Positions 50,101 through 60,164 are shown, counted from the first letter of the stretch. The stretch is 64,000 nt of DNA from Candidatus Bathyarchaeota archaeon (GCA_963806535.1 CAWDYC010000007.1:256001-320000), one strand, 5' to 3'. Program-made: numbers and translations. The notes: generated by a model from the letters alone, not told the origin.

Positions 50101-50439
50101 CTACTTCAAAGTCCTATTCTCATTCAAAAGCTCAACAATAGCTTGCAATTTTGAGGTTTCTATGATTTTGCGACCGCCAGCTAAGAAAATTCTCAATTCG
50201 TCAACAGTTTCAGGCAGACAATTTATGATTTGAATTGCTTCAGCTTCATCAATTTCGTATTCTTTAACAAGTGTTTGAAGAAGTTCTTCTGCTTTTTCAG
50301 GATCCACTTTGGAGAATTTGTTTACGTAATCTAGAGTTCTTCGTTGTAATTGGTCTAGATTTTCCTCGCCAACTGACTCTAATACTTTCTTAACTTGCGG
50401 TAGGGTCAAGCGGCTTTCGCTTATTTCTCTCTTGCTCAT
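50101..50439 (-). CDS. rpoF: RNA polymerase subunit F (Rpo4)
   Basis: Q.R.LDY..KFSK, A.QI.N..P.T..ELR; between rpl21e and DUF655 as is usual. Confidence 0.9.
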   Translation of the reverse strand: MSKREISESRLTLPQVKKVLESVGEENLDQLQRRTLDYVNKFSKVDPEKAEELLQTLVKEYEIDEAEAIQIINCLPETVDELRIFLAGGRKIIETSKLQAIVELLNENRTLK

Positions 50440-50444
50440 TTTCC

Positions 50445-50744
50445 TCACTTACCTGTGTAAGGCTCTAAATGTTCTGCACGAGTGATGATTTCTTTGAATG
50501 CTGTTGCCTTGAGGAACAGTAATTACGTATCCGCGTCCTCGCTTCTCTTTTATTACACCTATTTTACCGTGGAATCTTTTATGAGGCATACTCTTCTGTA
50601 CGCTAGAATCCATCTTTATTATCACTTGAGAACCAGGATGGATACTCTTGAAGTATTTTGCCAATGTTTAGCTTACCTTTTTCTCTGAGTTGGCTTTTTC
50701 AGTAAACTGCGAGTGCCCGTGTAATATCCTTTTGAACCTTTCAT
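50445..50744 (-). CDS. rpl21e: 50S ribosomal protein L21e; frameshifts
   Basis: MKGSKGY...TRSLL, V.I..D.SV.K.MPHKRFHGK.G, ...EHL.P. Confidence 0.88.
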
Positions 50745-50760
50745 TCAATTTTCACCTTTT

Positions 50761-52098
50761 TTAATCATCCATTATTACTTTTAAAACGTCAAGCTTAAGC
50801 GTCTTCGCTCTGTTTTTGAGCAAATCCGAAACGTTTGGTATTGTTCGACCTTCATCTCCAGACACCAATTCTTTAACATAGAGCCCGCCTTGGCAACGAA
50901 TTTCCAGTAGAGCCCTCTTAAGCGACACCTTCTTAACTTTAAGCTTATATATGTACCTTTCTCGGATTAAATCCGCCCTTCTATGCATAACACGTAAAGG
51001 CGTCTGCTGCTTAATTGTGGCTCCAGTGAGCTTCTCTTCCAACATTCTCAGATCCTCATCAGAAACTGGGTTCTCAAATTCAGCAAGCAACCGATATTCC
51101 TTCTGAGCGCCTTCACCCTTCTTGAGGTGCCTAACCACATCCTTGGTGGCAAAGCGTAATCTTGAAACCTCAACTTTACCAACTGCTCCTGCATTAATTT
51201 TGGCTTCAATTTCTTTCAAATCAACAGACCGTTTCTTAGGTTCAGAAACCTCAATAACAAAAGGGCGCCCAGTTCCAAGCATTCGAGCATCTATGTCTTC
51301 GCGTCCAGAAGCATGAAATAGATGTTTTTTGCCCTTCAGTTGCTTCTAGCAGTGGCTTTGAAGTTAGCTCTTCAACTGATTCAGGATACATTTTGCCTGT
51401 TCCACCGCATTTCTCGCAGCCTCTTCCATGGCAGCTTGAACAGAACCATTTTGACTGTGGAATATCCCGCACTAGCTTGCGGTATCTGCCGCCGACAAAA
51501 AGCGGGTTAACCTGAAGACGCACGCTTTCTCGAAAAGGATTGATTACTACAACTAGGTCAGGAATTAAGTAATCTGCCTCTTTACCCGTGCGTTTAGCAA
51601 GGGCTTTGCCAAATAATCGGCCAAATTCATGCTTAATACTTTCGCTGTAGCCAAGGTTGAAGACAGCCTTGAACTCATCTTCCCGTTCCTCAACCTTAAT
51701 GGGTACTTCAATGCCTACAAGAAAAGTAGTAAACTCATAGCTCTCGATGGCAGCCTAAAGATTTCTCAGTTAAATTGTTCAGAAGCTCAAATTTGCCTTC
51801 ACAAAGATAGCACTTCTCTTCCAAGGCTTGTTTTGGAATCCTTTTTTTGAGATGCTTTAGGGTTTCTTGGGCTTCTCTTGAAAAACCATTCGTTGCCAAA
51901 ACTTTTAGCCGTTTTACGCCTTCAACATTTTTTTCTTTGGCCAAGTCGTTAGCTTGTAAGTGTTAAACTGATTTTTAATGCTGAGCCACGCACGTTGTTT
52001 TCCATGCTGTAGCCAAGCAACGCAAATTGTCTTCCAAGGCAGTGGTCACAGAGAGGATATTTGCTAAGAAGTTCAAACGCTTTTTCTAAAACATCCAT
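50761..52098 (-). CDS. pus10: tRNA pseudouridine(54/55) synthase Pus10; several frameshifts
   Basis: LCDHCLGRQFA, C.LC.G, GRYRKL.RDIPQSKW, FH.SGREDIDARMLG.GRPF, QQTP.RV.HRRAD..R, QGGLYVKEL.SGD.GRT.P. Confidence 0.9.
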
Positions 52099-52103
52099 GT
52101 CAT

Positions 52104-53450
52104 TTAGCCTACTGGAAAATTCGCGGGCATTCCTTTTCCGCCAAGCCCGAAGGGCAGTTTCTTTTTGCGTTTAAACGTCTTTAGCATTTTACGCATCATG
52201 AAATACTGTTTGACAAGTTCTTTAACGTCTTTTTCTGTTGTTCCGGAGCCTCGTGCTATTCGTCTTGCTCTGGAGGAGTTCAATATCTTCGGGTTTTCTT
52301 TTTCTTTAGGTGTCATGGACTGAATTATTACTTGCCATTTTTCCAAGCGACCCTCAGCAGTATTCAACATTTCGTCTGGCACGTTAGAAGACATACCTGG
52401 CAACATCTGGAGCACTTTCTTAAATGGACCCATACCTTTGACAGCTGCAAACTGCTCGTACATGTCTGTGAGGGTAAAGTTGCCACTCATTATTTCTTTA
52501 GCTTTCTTTGGCGGAACCTTAATTTCAGCCTCATGCACCTTTTCCAAAAGCGTTTCCAAATCGCCCATGCCTAAGAGCCGACCAACAAAGCGTGATGGAA
52601 TAAACGCTTCTACATCTTCGATTTTTTCGCCTGTGCCAATAAACTTTATTGGTGCACCTGTTGCTGCAACGGCTGATAGTGCGCCTCCTCCACGAGAAGT
52701 ACCATCAAGTTTTGTAACTATTATCGCTCCAATTGGTGTTGCCTCATGGAATGTTTTTGCTTGGATAAGGGCTTGCTGACCAATGGTGCCGTCAATAACC
52801 ATTATGACTTCGTCAGGCTTGATGTTCTTTTCAAGATCTTTCATTTCTTTGATTAGATCTTTCTCTTCCTTGTGCCTGCCTGATGTGTCAACGATTAATA
52901 GGTCCTTGTCGCTGAATTGTTTTAACCCTTCTTTGACGACTTTAATTGGATTTTTCTCTTTCACGTCGCCGTAAATAGGAACGTTTATTCTGGCTGCCAA
53001 TTGCTGAAGCTGAGCATATGCCCCCGGGCGAAAAGTGTCAGCGCAAATTAAAGCTGGCTTTAAACCTCTTTTCTGGAAGTATCGTGCCAGTTTGGCTGCG
53101 TGAGTGGTTTTGCCTGAGCCTTGGATTCCGACAAGCATTATGATTTTTCTTTTGCCAGGCTCCACCTTGAGTGGAACAGGCTTGTCACCTACAAAACGAG
53201 TTAGTTCTTCATAAACGACTTTTATCACGTGTTCGCGTCTGGAAATGCCAGGAGGAACTTTTTCTTTTAATGCTCGCTCCTCAATTCGCTTAGAAATTTC
53301 AAGAACAAGTTGAACGTTAACGTCAGATTGAAGCAAGGCTCTCTGTATATCGCGGACAAGTTCTTTCACTGCAGCTTCGTCCACTACGCCAGCTTTAAAC
53401 AGCTTTTTTATAGCGTCAGTTAAAGAAGAACCTAACTTTTCTAATGCCAT
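52104..53450 (-). CDS. srp54: Signal recognition particle protein SRP54
   Basis: GIQGSGKTT, DTFRPGA, DTSGRH, TKLDG...GGG, RLLGMGD, M-domain SMT..E, RIARGSG. Confidence 0.97.
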   Translation of the reverse strand: MALEKLGSSLTDAIKKLFKAGVVDEAAVKELVRDIQRALLQSDVNVQLVLEISKRIEERALKEKVPPGISRREHVIKVVYEELTRFVGDKPVPLKVEPGKRKIIMLVGIQGSGKTTHAAKLARYFQKRGLKPALICADTFRPGAYAQLQQLAARINVPIYGDVKEKNPIKVVKEGLKQFSDKDLLIVDTSGRHKEEKDLIKEMKDLEKNIKPDEVIMVIDGTIGQQALIQAKTFHEATPIGAIIVTKLDGTSRGGGALSAVAATGAPIKFIGTGEKIEDVEAFIPSRFVGRLLGMGDLETLLEKVHEAEIKVPPKKAKEIMSGNFTLTDMYEQFAAVKGMGPFKKVLQMLPGMSSNVPDEMLNTAEGRLEKWQVIIQSMTPKEKENPKILNSSRARRIARGSGTTEKDVKELVKQYFMMRKMLKTFKRKKKLPFGLGGKGMPANFPVG

Positions 53451-53554
53451 CGGAGTCTCTCAGCCATAATCATTCTACAGTTCCTTTAAATAAATATTAC
53501 AGCACTAAAACCAAAGAAACACCTAAAATAGGATCTCTAAGCGCCGCCGCATCT

Positions 53555-53624
53555 TTGAAGCCTCAGTTCCCCATTATAATATTCTTCACAATTCAGACGG
53601 CTCTTCATGCATCATTGGCTTCAA
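53555..53624 (-). ncRNA. Box C/D methylation guide sRNA candidate
   Basis: TTGAAGCC-A-ATGATGC(C)-ATGAAGAGCCGT-CTGA(D')-ATT-GTGAAGA(C')-ATATTATAATGGGGAA-CTGA(D)-GGCTTCAA, with an 8-bp terminal stem. Confidence 0.78.
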
Positions 53625-53709
53625 CCAAAAAAGCTCCAACTAGAAAATAAACGTTAACAGAAAATCTTTTAACAATACAGGGAAATAATGGTACAACTTG
53701 GGTGTATAG

Positions 53710-53910
53710 ATGACAGCTGAACGGGCAATTCACGCAGGCATTTTTGTTTTATTACTTGTAGGTTTAACAATCTTAACTGGTTGGGCAAGCTACACTTACT
53801 TGCAAAGCAACCTGATACTTGTAATTGGAAGTATCCCGCTTGGATGGGGAATAATTCTGTTAGCGATGTATTTGAGCTTCAAGCGGTTGGGCTGGAAATG
53901 GTGGAGCTAG
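53710..53910 (+). CDS. Small two-TM membrane protein
   Basis: 66-aa ORF with two hydrophobic helices and a GGGTG RBS. Confidence 0.65.
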   Translation: MTAERAIHAGIFVLLLVGLTILTGWASYTYLQSNLILVIGSIPLGWGIILLAMYLSFKRLGWKWWS

Positions 53911-54053
53911 AACATTTTTGTTCTGATTTCTGTCGGCAATCTAGCTGAAGCCGTTAGATCGTCATTGCCAAGCAAGTTACATTTCGACGACTGAAAAAGA
54001 AAAGTTTAATCGAATCGTGAACAATAAAAGCCTAAGTTAATCAGGTGAATATT

Positions 54054-54206
54054 ATGGTTACTAAAAAATTGGAACTTGTGTTCATTGACAAGGAAGGAAA
54101 ATGTTATCCTTTAGACGAAGTTGATCGAGACGAATTGGCTCAAGGTTTAGAGAAAATCTCCAAAGAAGTCGCTAAGAGATTGCAATTGTTAAAAGAACAA
54201 AGATAG
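54054..54206 (+). CDS. Small hypothetical protein (50 aa)
   Basis: Not in the ORF track. AGGTGA RBS and upstream AAAGTTTAAT BRE/TATA; MVTKKLELVFIDKEGKCYPLDEVDRDELAQGLEKISKEVAKRLQLLKEQR. Confidence 0.6.
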   Translation: MVTKKLELVFIDKEGKCYPLDEVDRDELAQGLEKISKEVAKRLQLLKEQR

Positions 54207-54290
54207 ACATATCATTACCAGAGCGTAAATTCCCGCGTGTTTTGAAGCTTAAAATATAACTTGACAATAAAAGATATTGGAGATTATTTT

Positions 54291-54599
54291 ATGGGTAGTT
54301 TTTCTGTATCTTTACCTGCAAATTGGGAAGAGTATTTGAAACAGTTAGCGGACGACCACGAAATTGACATTAGCAAAGTGATTAGTGGATTATGTGAATG
54401 GGCTTTTTCTGTCTCTGATAGCAAGAGGCAGTTTGAAGTTTGGTTAGATAAGGCTTATCCGCCAAAAGGTGAAGCTGAAGATAAAGCAGCGGCTGAAGGC
54501 GAAGAAGCAAGCGAGGCTGAAGAAGAAACCGAAGACGAAGAAGAAGAGGAAGTCCATGAGGACAGAGACTACACTGAAGACAGAGAAGTAAAGTCTTAA
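54291..54599 (+). CDS. Ribbon-helix-helix-like protein with a long acidic tail
   Basis: SFSVSLP....YL..LA......ISKVI N-terminus; E/D-rich C-terminal 45 aa. Confidence 0.6.
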   Translation: MGSFSVSLPANWEEYLKQLADDHEIDISKVISGLCEWAFSVSDSKRQFEVWLDKAYPPKGEAEDKAAAEGEEASEAEEETEDEEEEEVHEDRDYTEDREVKS

Positions 54600-54666
54600 C
54601 TGCAGTAATTTCAGTAACTACTTTTTTAAAAGAAAAATAAAACTGATAAGCTGAGGTGAAAACAGA

Positions 54667-54861
54667 ATGAGTGAAAAAGAAAATATTAAACCAGTTGAAC
54701 AAGAAACAAAGCAACCAACCTCGCACAAAAAAGAAGTAAAACGATACACTGGCGAGAACAAAAAAGAAAGTACGAAGCAAAATGAATCGCAAACAGGGCC
54801 ACATGCTCCTCGCGGAAAAAAACAAAGACGCAATTTCAAACTTTACCCCAACAGAGGGTAA
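54667..54861 (+). CDS. Small hydrophilic, basic, probably disordered protein
   Basis: GAGGTGA RBS; K/E/Q/R-rich 64 aa. Confidence 0.55.
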   Translation: MSEKENIKPVEQETKQPTSHKKEVKRYTGENKKESTKQNESQTGPHAPRGKKQRRNFKLYPNRG

Positions 54862-54992
54862 GACGGCCTTTGCCCTAATTCTATACTGAGGATTGAACTG
54901 TCTGTTTGCTGGAGACGCGAAATGAGTTGTTAGAACTATCGCTGAAATGGATATATAGCTATTTTGTCTTTTAGCTTGATAGGTGGAAAGCT

Positions 54993-55217
54993 ATGCCTAA
55001 ATGTCCAAATTGCACAGCCCATATGAAAGAACCTGATAAGGAATGGGATTTTGGGCGATTCCGAGTTAAGATGTATAAGTGTACTAAATGCGGAAATCAA
55101 TTTAGAGAATTTTTCAAAGAAAATACGTTGCAATTTGTTTTGAGCGCACACAACGGCGGTTTAGGAAAAACCAGGGTAAATAAAGAAACGTTGGACAGGC
55201 ATAAAAGCTATCAATAA
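54993..55217 (+). CDS. Small Zn-ribbon protein
   Basis: MPKCPNC...P.KEW....RVKMYKCTKCG..FRE; AGGTGG RBS. Confidence 0.72.
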   Translation: MPKCPNCTAHMKEPDKEWDFGRFRVKMYKCTKCGNQFREFFKENTLQFVLSAHNGGLGKTRVNKETLDRHKSYQ

Positions 55218-55254
55218 CCGTTTCACTCTATAGCTTCTGCACTATACTCTTTGA

Positions 55255-55585
55255 TTAAATGGTTACAACTAGCAATATGTTTTTTAGTATTCGCAATGAG
55301 TCCGATAGTCCTCCGAGGATAACCAACAATCCACCGAGTCCACCGCCAATGATTCCGACGATTATGAGTACGATTGCCCAAACAAGAGTAGTCACGCTTT
55401 TTGCGCCAATTATTGCTATGATGCCGCAGATGATAGTAACAATTCCGAAGTAAGCAAAGCCAAATGATATAAATGATCCAATGATATGCGAAAGCATATC
55501 CGATGAGTGATAGCAACCCGAAGATTACTAGCAGTATTCCTCCTATAAGCGCTAAGTAGTATGCTATTCGTGAAATTTCTGACAT
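55255..55585 (-). CDS. Small multi-TM membrane protein; frameshifts, 3' end uncertain
   Basis: GGAGGTGA RBS. MSEISRIAYYLALIGGILL... continues in another frame as GIVTIICGIIAIIGA...GGGLGGLLVILGG. Confidence 0.65.
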
Positions 55586-55797
55586 ATTCAAATTCACCTC
55601 CCAAATTACTAAACAGGGGCTTGAGATTTGTTTGAGTGCAGCACATTCCTAATTTTTAATGCAGAGCAGTTTTCAATTTAGTTTGGCTTAAGACGAGTTG
55701 TGCAAATCAATAGTTTCGTCGTCCGCATGTTTCCAAAAAAACTGAGCATCGAATTGTATGTCACTTGCTGAATTTTTTATTGCTATTTGGACTTATG

Positions 55798-55956
55798 TTA
55801 TATTCTTCGTCCAGAAATCAATCGCACAAGTATTATGATTATGGCTATGACAAGCAGAACCCATATTATGGTGCCAAGGTTGAATAAGACAAAGCCAAGG
55901 AGCCACAGTATGATAAGTATGGCAGCAACTACGAAAAGCACATCAAGCAATCCCAT
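55798..55956 (-). CDS. lmo0937/DUF5670-like small membrane protein (52 aa)
   Basis: Not in the ORF track. MGLLDVLFVVAAILIILWLLGFVLFNLGTIIWVLLVIAIIIILVRLISGRRI; L.ILWLLG...IHxLLV.A...L..GR family pattern. Confidence 0.8.
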   Translation of the reverse strand: MGLLDVLFVVAAILIILWLLGFVLFNLGTIIWVLLVIAIIIILVRLISGRRI

Positions 55957-56004
55957 TTTCAAAGCCTCTACTCACCCTTAACTTGAAAGCTCTTCTTTAA
56001 CATG

Positions 56005-56028
56005 TGTGACTGTGAACAAACAGCTACA
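56005..56028. promoter_or_regulatory. Palindromic operator TGT-N3-TGT-N6-ACA-N3-ACA, copy 1 (upstream of the lmo0937-like gene)
   Basis: tgtGACtgtGAACAAacaGCTaca; 4 nt from a minus-strand TTAAAG. Confidence 0.8.
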
Positions 56029-56182
56029 GCAATCAAGCAAATGGCGGTGCTGTTGGGGACAAGCCGAAGCAGAATTCGGGTTGGATATCCTGAAAAACGA
56101 TGATTCTAGATTTAATTATCTTTATATTCTTAAAATTTGTTCATATTCTAATTACCCAGTCACCAGACGAGGGGTTGTTCTC

Positions 56183-57097
56183 ATGAATCTTTCCACCCAC
56201 ATAATGTTTGGCATACTTGTTGGAGCCTTATTGTTTGGCAAACCAGAAATAGCGCTAATGGTTGGTGTGGGTGCGGCAATTAATGATCTAGACAGAGAAT
56301 ACGGCTTTTTTAGCAAGGAGTCCTTTCGACTCAGACAGATCCATCGTGCATTATTCCACAATTTCTTATTTATCGGCGTAGTGTATCTGATAAACCCGTT
56401 TTTTGGCATCGGAGCTTTTCTTCACTCATTCTTAGATTCTTTCACGACAACAAGGGACAGAGGTGTCGAATGGCTATACCCTTTTTCAAGAATTGTCACC
56501 AAAGCGGTGTATGATTCAGATGGCAAGAAATTGCCGCTTGATCCAAAACATAAGATCTATTTTCTTTCGAACGATTTTCCTGGCTTGACACGAAGAACTA
56601 CAAAAGACATCAAACCTGGAGAGATACCTGTGCCAAATAGAAGAACTTACGGCCCAGCTCTTATCAGGGAAATATCTTGACAGGTGTATCTTTTTTGGAT
56701 CCGTAGCTATTTTTCTTCTTTTGACTCTCTTTTCTGTTTCAGGCTTGCGGCAGTTCATTGATTTCAGTCTGCATAATGAAACTCTTTCTATTACAATTCC
56801 ATTGTTAATTGGCTTCAATAGGCATCTTCTTGAATTTTCTTGTGGGCGAACTTGACAGAAAGAAACTAGTTAAGACCAAGACCGATAGGCCATACAAGTT
56901 TTCATTTATCCTATCCATTGGAATAATAATCTTTGCGATAATTCTTGGTGGAATTCTTAATCCGAAAGCTGTATTCACCACGCTCAGCATGATGCCGTAC
57001 ATTGCTCCAGGTGTAGTTTTTGTTGCGTTAGGTCTATTGTTCTTTTATTCCAGGAGAATTTTCAGCAGACAGCAAAAAAGATCCACTTATTGTGTAA
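56183..57097 (+). CDS. YdjM-like membrane metal-dependent hydrolase; frameshifts
   Basis: THIMFG, GA...DLD, HR.LFHN, LHSFLD.FT, GV.WLYPF; TM-rich continuation in other frames. Confidence 0.75.
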
Positions 57098-57386
57098 TAA
57101 ATACGTATCTCCGAAGAACATTTAATGTTATGGATTGCGGAAAGCGCGAGATTAAAAAACCAAACAATAACGCACTGCGAAATTATCTTTTGCCAGGCTC
57201 TCTTGTCTGTAGGTTCACTAACAGATTAATTTGCACAATGATTTTGATCATCAGAAAGTCTCATTCACTATATCCTCTTTTAATTGGCATTCAAAGTTTC
57301 AAAAATTAGTCGAAATAGCCTAATATTAAACGTATGAAAAGAAATAACCGTGGGATTTGTTGAAAATGTTGGAAAGAAACATCCAA

Positions 57387-57677
57387 CTATGTCTTAACTG
57401 CTGGTGATAGGTACATGTGAAGCTTGTCTTTTGCAACTTTTAAGTGCAATCCATTGTCTGTCCAGACGCCAGTCCCTTTCTCTAAAGCTGAAACATTTAG
57501 CTTATTTCGCACTCCGCCTTTCTTTGCGCCAAGCACCGATTCAGCTACGTTCTTATCCAATTCGACTTCAAGATGAGTTACTTTCCATTCATCAGCATCT
57601 ACTTCTACCTCTTTGATTTTGCCGATTTTTTCATCTAACGCAAACACATCTTTATCTATAAACTCTTTACTTTTCAT
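57387..57677 (-). CDS. PRC-barrel domain protein
   Basis: KEFIDKDV......IGKIKEVEVD..EWKVTHLEV; GGAGG RBS. Confidence 0.8.
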   Translation of the reverse strand: MKSKEFIDKDVFALDEKIGKIKEVEVDADEWKVTHLEVELDKNVAESVLGAKKGGVRNKLNVSALEKGTGVWTDNGLHLKVAKDKLHMYLSPAVKT

Positions 57678-57748
57678 TCTTATCTAACCTCCCTTTACGC
57701 TCATAATTTTGTATACATTATATATGGTCATTGAGAGAGTTAAGCACA

Positions 57749-57772
57749 TGTGAATGTGAGCACACACCGACA
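57749..57772. promoter_or_regulatory. Palindromic operator, copy 2 (upstream of the PRC-barrel gene)
   Basis: tgtGAAtgtGAGCACacaCCGaca; 5 nt from a minus-strand TTAA. Confidence 0.78.
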
Positions 57773-57855
57773 AACTGGCGGTTGCGTCTGCGCTAATCGG
57801 TCATATGCCATAAGAAATTTGGAACGCGAAACCGCACAAAAAATGAATTTTGAGG

Positions 57856-58642
57856 CTATTCTTCAGCTCTTTTCCAGTCCGATTCAAAACCTGTTCTGAG
57901 TACACCAATGAGGTTGCTGTTGTTTGTCCATAAAGAAGGGCTTTCGCCTAAGCCACTTTCCTTAGAGGTGGTAATCAATGCCTCTTTGTCATCAGACATT
58001 ATAAAGTGATTCAAAGGTTCAGGATGAAACTTGACATTGAACCGAAGTGCTACCCATCAGTTTTTTCACTTTTTCTTTAAGCAAATGGTCCGGGCTTTCT
58101 CCTTCAAAAATTATTCGAATCTGAGCGCTATTCTTTATCGCCAGTTTGTATTCGTCCGAAAATTGAAATAAAACGGGCATAATCCTTCCTTTGTCCGCAA
58201 TTAATGCAACTTCTTTTTTTGAGTTACTAATTAGATCTGCAGTTTTAGCAAAAATTGATTTCTTTTCCGCTATCAGTATGTAGATGCTTTCTTCTTTGGG
58301 AAGTTGTTGCTTCCAGTCTTTAAGCGTCAGTTTTTGAACTATACCTCTCATACCCACAAGCCGCTCATCAGATTTGCCTTTTTCTTCGGCTACTAAGAGG
58401 CTTAAAGCATCCGAAATGCGAGTGGCCCTAATTTCAGTTGGTTTGCCAAGCAATCTTTCAATCAGGCCCATTTTTTCAAGTGACGGCAGAATTCTGTAGA
58501 CATCTTCTCTGCGCACTTTCGAAAAGTTCGCTACCTGTCCCACGGTAGTTTTTTCCAGTTTAAGTATTGCTAAGTAAACCTTTGCCTGGTTAAGAGTCAA
58601 ACCCAAACCAAGCAGCAATTCAGTGTTTTCATCGTTAGACAT
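57856..58642 (-). CDS. TrmB-family transcriptional regulator; frameshift near 58020-58045
   Basis: LGLT.NQAKVYLA.L.....V...SKV.REDVYR.L..LE..GL.E....P wHTH. PLD-like C-terminal part F...DDKEALI...LWTNN..L..GFE..W follows in another frame. Confidence 0.85.
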
Positions 58643-58762
58643 TGAAACCTTGAAGTATTCTTACACAATTTGTATATTTAAGATTTGATGGTCTTCTTTT
58701 GAAAATGTACGAAACTGTTTTTTGGAGTTATTTATGTTTAGGAAGTAACTTTGTTTTTGTTC

Positions 58763-59494
58763 TTAGTTCTGAAAAGTCGTCTCTAGTAATATTCTTTTCA
58801 GGATTGTGAAACCGTGACTTACTTTAAGTTTCTTTTCGCCTAACCTTGTCCTATAAGCAATTGGTACTTCCTTGATTGTGTAACCGCGCCGCTCAACCAA
58901 GTGGTTTAGCTCAACTTCGATGTCAAAGCCTTTAGATTTCACAAGCCACCCTTGCAAAATCTCAGCACGTATTGCCCGCAGCCCAGTCAACGGGTCCTGA
59001 AGCGGCACACCATTAAGCATGTTATGTACAAAAGCTAACATCTTGTTTCCAATGTGAAAAATGCTATGTAAAGCTTCCTTGTCAACTTGCCCGTTTAACC
59101 TGTTTCCACAAACCATTCCAACAAGCGGGTTTTCTTCGAGGACTTTTATCATTGCGGGGACGTATTCAGCAGGGTAAGTGTAGTCTGCATCAGTAAGAAT
59201 AATGTAATCCACATTTAGGTCGATGTGCTCAAGAGCTTTAGCTAAGGCGTCGCCCTTGCCAATGCCGTTTTGGCAAACAACTTTTGCTCCCAAGTTTTTG
59301 GCTATCTCAACTGTTCGGTCACTGCTTTTTCCGTCCACCACGAGAACCGGGATTTCACCAAGAGTGTCTTTCATCTCGGCTATTGTAAGCCCTATTCCTG
59401 GCGCTTCATTTAGTGCTGCAATTATTAGCTGCGCTGAGTAGCAGATTTCATTGTCTTGAACTAAAATAGTCAAATCCTTCATCGGTCCTTTCAT
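58763..59494 (-). CDS. Glycosyltransferase family 2 (DPM1-like)
   Basis: LNE...I, VVDG.S.D.T, GKG.A, DAD.TYP, G.R, D..TG.R, GF.IE.E, Y..R.GEKKL. Confidence 0.9.
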   Translation of the reverse strand: MKGPMKDLTILVQDNEICYSAQLIIAALNEAPGIGLTIAEMKDTLGEIPVLVVDGKSSDRTVEIAKNLGAKVVCQNGIGKGDALAKALEHIDLNVDYIILTDADYTYPAEYVPAMIKVLEENPLVGMVCGNRLNGQVDKEALHSIFHIGNKMLAFVHNMLNGVPLQDPLTGLRAIRAEILQGWLVKSKGFDIEVELNHLVERRGYTIKEVPIAYRTRLGEKKLKVSHGFTILKRILLETTFQN

Positions 59495-59688
59495 GTGATT
59501 TTCAATATATCTTAAATACCACTATACACTACATAAGGCACGTTTCCAAGAAGGAAACATGTCAAAAACCGGAGTATCCGAAGACCTAAGGGGCAACGAC
59601 AAGAGAACGCAGGAATATTCATCATTTCCATTTGATTTTCTAAGAGAAAATTATCCTTCCAAAAAACTCTAAATTGACCGGTAATAAG

Positions 59689-60114
59689 TTATTTGGGAGG
59701 GTTGGGTGTGTTGGGAGTTGTAGCGTATCCAGTTGAAAAGGGCGATTGGAATTTGCCAATATTTTCTCTGATGATGCCATAGCCTTTTTCTGCAAGGTCA
59801 TTTGGCAAGTTATCCAAATCCAATTGCTCTCCTTCTTGCTGTTTACCTTGATTTTCCTCCCCATGCCTGAGCGTGAGTTTGATAGTTGAACGGACTATTC
59901 CTTTGTCCAACTTTACGTTCGATACATCTCTGTAACTGTAATCGGTGTAATCTTTCTTTAGACCAAGCGCGTGGGGATGCCGAAAAATTATCCGTTCATT
60001 AGTTATAATTACAGATTCAATGTTAATTCGAGGATGATAGATTTTTTCCTCAATGTACAGCTCAACTTTTTCGTTTGAGCCAAGTATGTTCTTTATGTCA
60101 TCTGGAGTTGCCAT
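59689..60114 (-). CDS. Bacterial-type PH domain protein
   Basis: L..NEKV......S.IITNERII......L....TD.SY.DV.NV....G.....I.L; true start probably ATG 60114. Confidence 0.8.
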   Translation of the reverse strand: MATPDDIKNILGSNEKVELYIEEKIYHPRINIESVIITNERIIFRHPHALGLKKDYTDYSYRDVSNVKLDKGIVRSTIKLTLRHGEENQGKQQEGEQLDLDNLPNDLAEKGYGIIRENIGKFQSPFSTGYATTPNTPNPPK

Positions 60115-60164
60115 TATTATCAACCAATTATACTTAATATATCGCTTGTTTGGATAAATAGCTG

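Noticed and set aside
53935-53970. GGCAAT...ATTGCC hairpin after the small membrane gene
   Set aside because: Short and imperfect, with no recognisable RNA motif.
55622-55645. Possible seventh operator copy (TGA-N4-TGT-N6-GCA-N2-ACA) upstream of the membrane gene at 55585
   Set aside because: Two mismatches, shifted spacing and no adjacent TATA box; cannot be supported without corrected sequence.
57778-57838. GCGGTT...AACCGC stem followed by ACA, suggesting an H/ACA sRNA
   Set aside because: No K-turn or K-loop and no clear pseudouridylation pocket; it may just be a terminator-region hairpin after TrmB.
45437-58642. Dense frameshifts in trm11, hemK2, rpl21e, pus10, the hydrolase and TrmB (also at about 2.6, 22.5, 26 and 63.6 kb), read as programmed frameshifting or mass pseudogenisation
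   Set aside because: They hit core genes, occur several times per gene, show no shared slippery motif and leave the protein sequences otherwise conserved. This is typical of low-coverage long-read indel errors.
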